Source: Dendrobates tinctorius (Eukaryota). From it: 64,000 bases of DNA. A program made the position numbers and the translations under genes. The DNA is taken from assembly GCF_039654945.1 (NCBI RefSeq), contig NW_027361679.1, forward strand, positions 90,334,001 to 90,398,000, given 5' to 3'. Positions 59,200 through 64,000 of the stretch are shown here, piece by piece (position 1 is the stretch's first letter; every line of letters starts with the position of its first letter). Below the pieces are notes generated by a model, which was not told the origin of the DNA, made no database searches, and saw nothing but the letters and a program-made list of their open reading frames with translations.

Positions 59200-62100
59200 C
59201 ATCAGGCTGGTCTGGGCCAGAGGGGGTCGTTCCCAGCACTGGGTCCTCACAACACCGTGACAGGCTGGTCGTGGCCTGAGGGGTCGCCCTCAGCACTGGG
59301 TCCTCACAACACCCTGATAGGCTGGTCCGGGCCTGAAGTGTTGCTCCCAGCACTGGGTCCTCACAACACCCTGACAGGCTGGTCGTGGCCTGAGGGGCCT
59401 CCCCCAGCACTGGGTCCTCACAACAACCTGACAGGCTGGTCCAGGCCTGAGGGGTTACCCCCAGCACTGTGTCCCCACAACACCCTGACAGGCTGGTCGT
59501 GGCCGGAGGGGTTGCCCCCAGCACTGGGTCCTCACAACACCCTGACAGGCTGGTCGTGGCCGGAGGGGATGCCCCCAGCACTGGGTCCTCACAGCACCCT
59601 GACAGGCTTGTCGTGGCCTGACGGGTCACCCCCAGCACTGGGTCCTCACAACACCTTGACAGGCTGGTCATAGCCTGAGGGAGTCAACCCCCGCACTGGG
59701 TCCTCACAACACCCTGATAGGCTGGTCCGGGCCTGAAGTGTTGCTCTCAGCACCCTGACATTGGCATTGTAGAAGGATCAACTTTATTCTCATTTGCACA
59801 AGGAAAGACTAGAAGCAATGGGATGAAACTGAATGAGAAGAGACACAGATTAGATATTAGAAAAAACTTTTTGACAGAGTGATCAATGAGTGGAACAGGC
59901 TGCCACGAGAAGTGGTGAGTTCTCCTTCAATGGAAGTCTTCAAACAGAGGCTGGACAGACATCTAACTGGGATGATTTAGCGAATCCTGCTTTAAGCAGG
60001 GGGTTGGACCAGATGGCCCAGGAGGTCCCTTCCAACTCTATGATTCTATGATTCTATGGTCCAGGCCTGAGGGTCACCCCCAGCACTGGGTCCTCACAAC
60101 ACCCTGACGGGCTGGTGCAGGCCTAAGGGGTCACCCCCAGCACTAGGTTCTCACAACATCCTGACAGGCTGGTCCAGGCCTGAAGGAATTGCTCCCAGCA
60201 CTGGGTCATCACAACACCCTAACAGGCTGGTCCAGGCCCGAGGGGTCGCCTCCAGCACTGGGTCCTAACAGCACCCTGACAGGCTGGTTGTGGCCTGAGG
60301 GGGTTGCCCCAGCACTGGATCCTCACAACACCCTGACTGGCTGGTCCAGGCCCGAGGGGTCGCCCCCAGCACTGGGTCCTCACAACACCCTGACAGGCTG
60401 GTCCGGGCCTGAGGGGGTCACCCCCAGCACTGGGTCCTCACAACACCCTGACTGGCTGGTCCATGCCTGAGGGGGTCACCCCCAGCACTGGGTCCTCACA
60501 ACACCCTGACTGGCTGGTCCATGCCTGAGGGGTCACCCCCAGCACTGGGTCCTCACAACACCCTGACAGGCTGGTCCGGGCCTGAGGGGGTCACCCCCAG
60601 CACTGGGTCCTCACAACACCCTGACTGGCTGGTCCATGCCTGAGGGGTCACCCCCAGCACTGGGTCCTCACAACACCCTGACTGGCTGGTCCAGGCCTGA
60701 GGGGTCGCCCCCAGCACTGGGTCCTCACAACACCCTGACAGGCTGATCCGGGCCTGAGTGGTCACTCCCAGCACTGGGTCCTCACAGCACCCTGACAGGC
60801 TGATCCGGGCCTAAGTGGTCACTCCCAGCACTGGGTCCTCACAGCACCCTGACAGGTTGGTCCGGGCCTGAGAGGGTCACCCCCAGCACTGGGTCCTCAC
60901 AACACCCTGACAGGCTGATCCGGGCCTGAGTGGTCACTCCCAGCACTGGGTCCTCACAGCACCCTGACAGGCTGATCCGGGCCTAAGTGGTCACTCCCAG
61001 CACTGGGTCCTCACAGCACCCTGACAGGTTGGTCCGGGCCTGAGAGGGTCACCCCCAGCACTGGGTCCTCACAACACCCTGACTAGCTGGTCCATGCCTG
61101 AGGGATCGCCCCCAACACTGGGTCCTCACAGCACCCTGACAGGTTGGTCCAGGCCTGAGGGATCGCCCCCAACACTGGGTCCTCACAGCACCCTGACAGG
61201 TTGGTCCAGGCCTGAGGGATCGCCCCCAGCACTGGGTCCTCACAGCACCCTGACAGGCTGATCCGGGCCTAAGTGGTCACTCCCAGCACTGGGTCCTCAC
61301 AGCACCCTGACAGGTTGGTCCGGGCCTGAGAGGGTCACCCCCAGCACTGGGTCCTCACAACACCCTGACTAGCTGGTCCATGCCTGAGGGATCGCCCCCA
61401 ACACTGGGTCCTCACAGCACCCTGACAGGTTGGTCCAGGCCTGAGGGATCGCCCCCAACACTGGGTCCTCACAGCACCCTGACAGGTTGGTCCAGGCCTG
61501 AGGGATCGCCCCCAGCACTGGGTCCTCACAGCACCCTGACAGGTTGGTCTGGGCCTGAGGGGTCACCCCCAGCACTGGGTCCTCACAACACCCTGACAGG
61601 CTGATCCGGGCCTGAGTGGTCACTCCCAGCACTGGGTCCTCACAGCACCCTGACAGGCTGATCCGGGCCTGAGTGGTCACTCTCAGCACTGGGTCCTCAC
61701 AGCACCCTGACAGGTTGGTCCGGGCCTGAGGGGTCACTCCCAGCACCCTGACAGGCTGGCCGGGCCTGAGGGATCGCCCCCAGCACTGGGTCCTCATAGC
61801 ACCCTGACAGGCTGGCCGGGCTTAAGAGTTCGCCCCCAACACTGGGTCCTCACAGCACCCTGACAGGTTGGTCCGGGCCTGAGGAGGTCACCCCCAGCAC
61901 TGGGTCCTCACAACACCCTGACTCGCTGGTCCATGCCTGAGGGATTGCCCCCAGCACTGGGTCCTCACAGCACCCTGACAGGTTGGTCCGGGCCTGAGGG
62001 GGTCACCCCCAACACTGGGTCCTCACAACACCCTGACTGGCTGGTCCAGGCCTGAGGGATCGCCCCCAGCACTGGGTCCTCACAGCACAGCACCCTGACA

Positions 62101-64000
62101 GGTTGGTCCGGGCCTGAGGGATCACTTTCAGCGCTGGGTCCTCACAGCACCCTGACAGGCTGGCCGGGCTTAAGAGTTTGCCCCCAACACTGGGTCCTCA
62201 CAGCACCCTGACAGGTTGGTCCAGGCCTGAGGCATCGCCCCCAGCACTGGGTCCTCACAGCACCCTGACAGGTTGGTCCGGGCCTGAGGGGTCACCCCCA
62301 GCACTGGGTCCTCACAGCACCCTGACAGGTTGGTCCGGGCCTGAGGGGGTCACCCCCAACACTGGGTCCTCACAACACCCTGACAGGTTGGTCCGGGCCT
62401 GAGGGGGTCACCCCCAGCACTGGGTCTTCACAACACCCTGACTCGCTGGTCCATGCCTGAGGGATCGCCCCCAGCACTGGGTCCTCACAGCACCCTGACA
62501 GGCTGGCCGGGCTTAAGAGTTCGCCCCCAACACTGGGTTATCACAGCACCCTGACAGGTTGGGCCGGGCCTGAGGGGTCACCCCCAGCACTGGGTCCTCA
62601 CAACACCCTGACAGGCTGATCCGGGCCTGAGTGGTCACTCCCAGCACTGGGTCCTCACAGCACCCTGACAGGCTGATCCGGGCCTAAGTGGTCACTCCCA
62701 GCACTGGGTCCTCACAGCACCCTGACAGGTTGGTCCGGGCCTGAGAGGGTCACCCCCAGCACTGGGTCCTCACAACACCCTGACTCGCTGGTCCATGCCT
62801 GAGGGATCGCCCCCAACACTGGGTCCTCACAGCACCCTGACAGGTTGGTCCAGGCCTGAGGGATCGCCCCCAACACTGGGTCCTCACAGCACCCTGACAG
62901 GTTGGTCCAGGCCTGAGGGATCGCCCCCAGCACTGGGTCCTCACAGCACCCTGACAGGTTGGTCTGGGCCTGAGGGGTCACCCCCAGCACTGGGTCCTCA
63001 CAAAACCCTGACAGGCTGATCCGGGCCTGAGTGGTCACTCCCAGCACTGGGTCCTCACAGCACCCTGACAGGCTGATCCGGGCCTGAGTGGTCACTCTCA
63101 GCACTGGGTCCTCACAGCACCCTGACAGGTTGGTCCGGGCCTGAGGGGTCACTCCCAGCACTGGGTCCTCACAGCACCCTGACAGGCTGGCCGGGCCTGA
63201 GGGATCGCCACCAGCACTGGGTCCTCATAGCACCCTGACAGGCTGGCCGGGCTTAAGAGTTCGCCCCCAACACTGGGTCCTCACAGCACCCTGACAGGTT
63301 GGTCCGGGCCTGAGGAGGTCACCCCCAGCACTGGGTCCTCACAACACCCTGACTCGCTGGTCCATGCCTGAGGGATTGCCCCCAGCACTGGGTCCTCACA
63401 GCACCCTGACAGGTTGGTCCGGGCCTGAGGGGGTCACCCCCAACACTGGGTCCTCACAACACCCTGACTGGCTGGTCCAGGCCTGAGGGATCGCCCCCAG
63501 CACTGGGTCCTCACAGCACCCTGACAGGTTGGTCCGGGCCTGAGGGATCACTCCCAGCGCTGGGTCCTCACAGCACCCCGACAGGTTGGTCCAGGCCTGA
63601 GGCATCGCCCCCAGCACTGGGTCCTCACAGCACCCTGACCGGTTGGTCCGGGCCTGAGGGGGTCACCCCCAACACTGGGTCCTCACAACACCCTGACAGG
63701 TTGGTCCGGGCCTGAGGGGGTCACCCCCAGCACTGGGTCTTCACAACACCCTGACTCGCTGGTCCATGCCTGAGGGATCGCCCCCAGCACTGGGTCCTCA
63801 CAGCACCCTGACAGGCTGGCCGGGCTTAAGAGTTCGCCCCCAACACTGGGTCCTCACAGCACCCTGACAGGTTGGGCCGGGCCTGAGGGGTCACCCCCAG
63901 CACTGGGTCCTCACAGCACCCTGGCAGGCTGATCCGGGCCTGAGTGGTCACTCCCAGCACTGGGTCCTCACAGCACCCTGACAGGCTGATCCGGGCCTGA
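59200..64000. repeat. 57-58-bp GC-rich satellite array, runs off the window
   Basis: Unit CCAGCACTGGGTCCTCACAGCACCCTGACAGGTTGGTCCGGGCCTGAGGGGTCACCC; ORFs show a 19-aa period. Confidence 0.97.
59765..60058 (+). mobile_element. CR1 3' fragment inserted in the satellite
   Basis: Reverse complement of 20063-20360; ends CTATGATTCTATGATTCTATG. Confidence 0.92.

Noticed and set aside
59038-63617. Repetitive ORFs (PPALGPHNTLTGWS; SGCCEDPVLG) resembling a structural protein
   Set aside because: By-product of a 57-bp unit; 58-bp units break the frame, ORFs occur on both strands and no splice signals were seen.
59200-64000. CRISPR-like array
   Set aside because: Contiguous tandem units with no unique spacers, no cas genes, eukaryotic context.

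Overview
Vertebrate genomic DNA, most likely a frog (inferred from the repeat repertoire). The only host gene recognised is the 3' end of TIMM44 (mitochondrial import inner membrane translocase subunit TIM44): four coding exons on + at 3864-3914, 28831-28920, 30609-30719 and 34168-34287, the last intron being GC-AG. Nearly everything else is transposon-derived and heavily nested: three Tc1 elements, an L1/Tx1 LINE, a Rex1/Babar LINE, CR1, L2 and V-SINE fragments, solo LTRs, non-autonomous piggyBac-like elements, PIF/Harbinger, hAT and Kolobok-type MITEs, a decayed hAT interrupted by a Helitron, a nested Helentron/HINE array, Penelope-like palindromes, a very young DIRS1-type retrotransposon and a 57-bp satellite. 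Best leads: (1) the DIRS element (52883-58190) appears to carry a 79-nt spliceosomal intron at the start of gag and has one stop codon in an otherwise intact recombinase; (2) its empty target site can be rebuilt from a host palindrome and fits conservative TTT recombination; (3) a self-nesting HINE array; (4) a 244-bp-arm fold-back MITE with no mismatch seen. All calls were made by eye; family names were not checked against a database.
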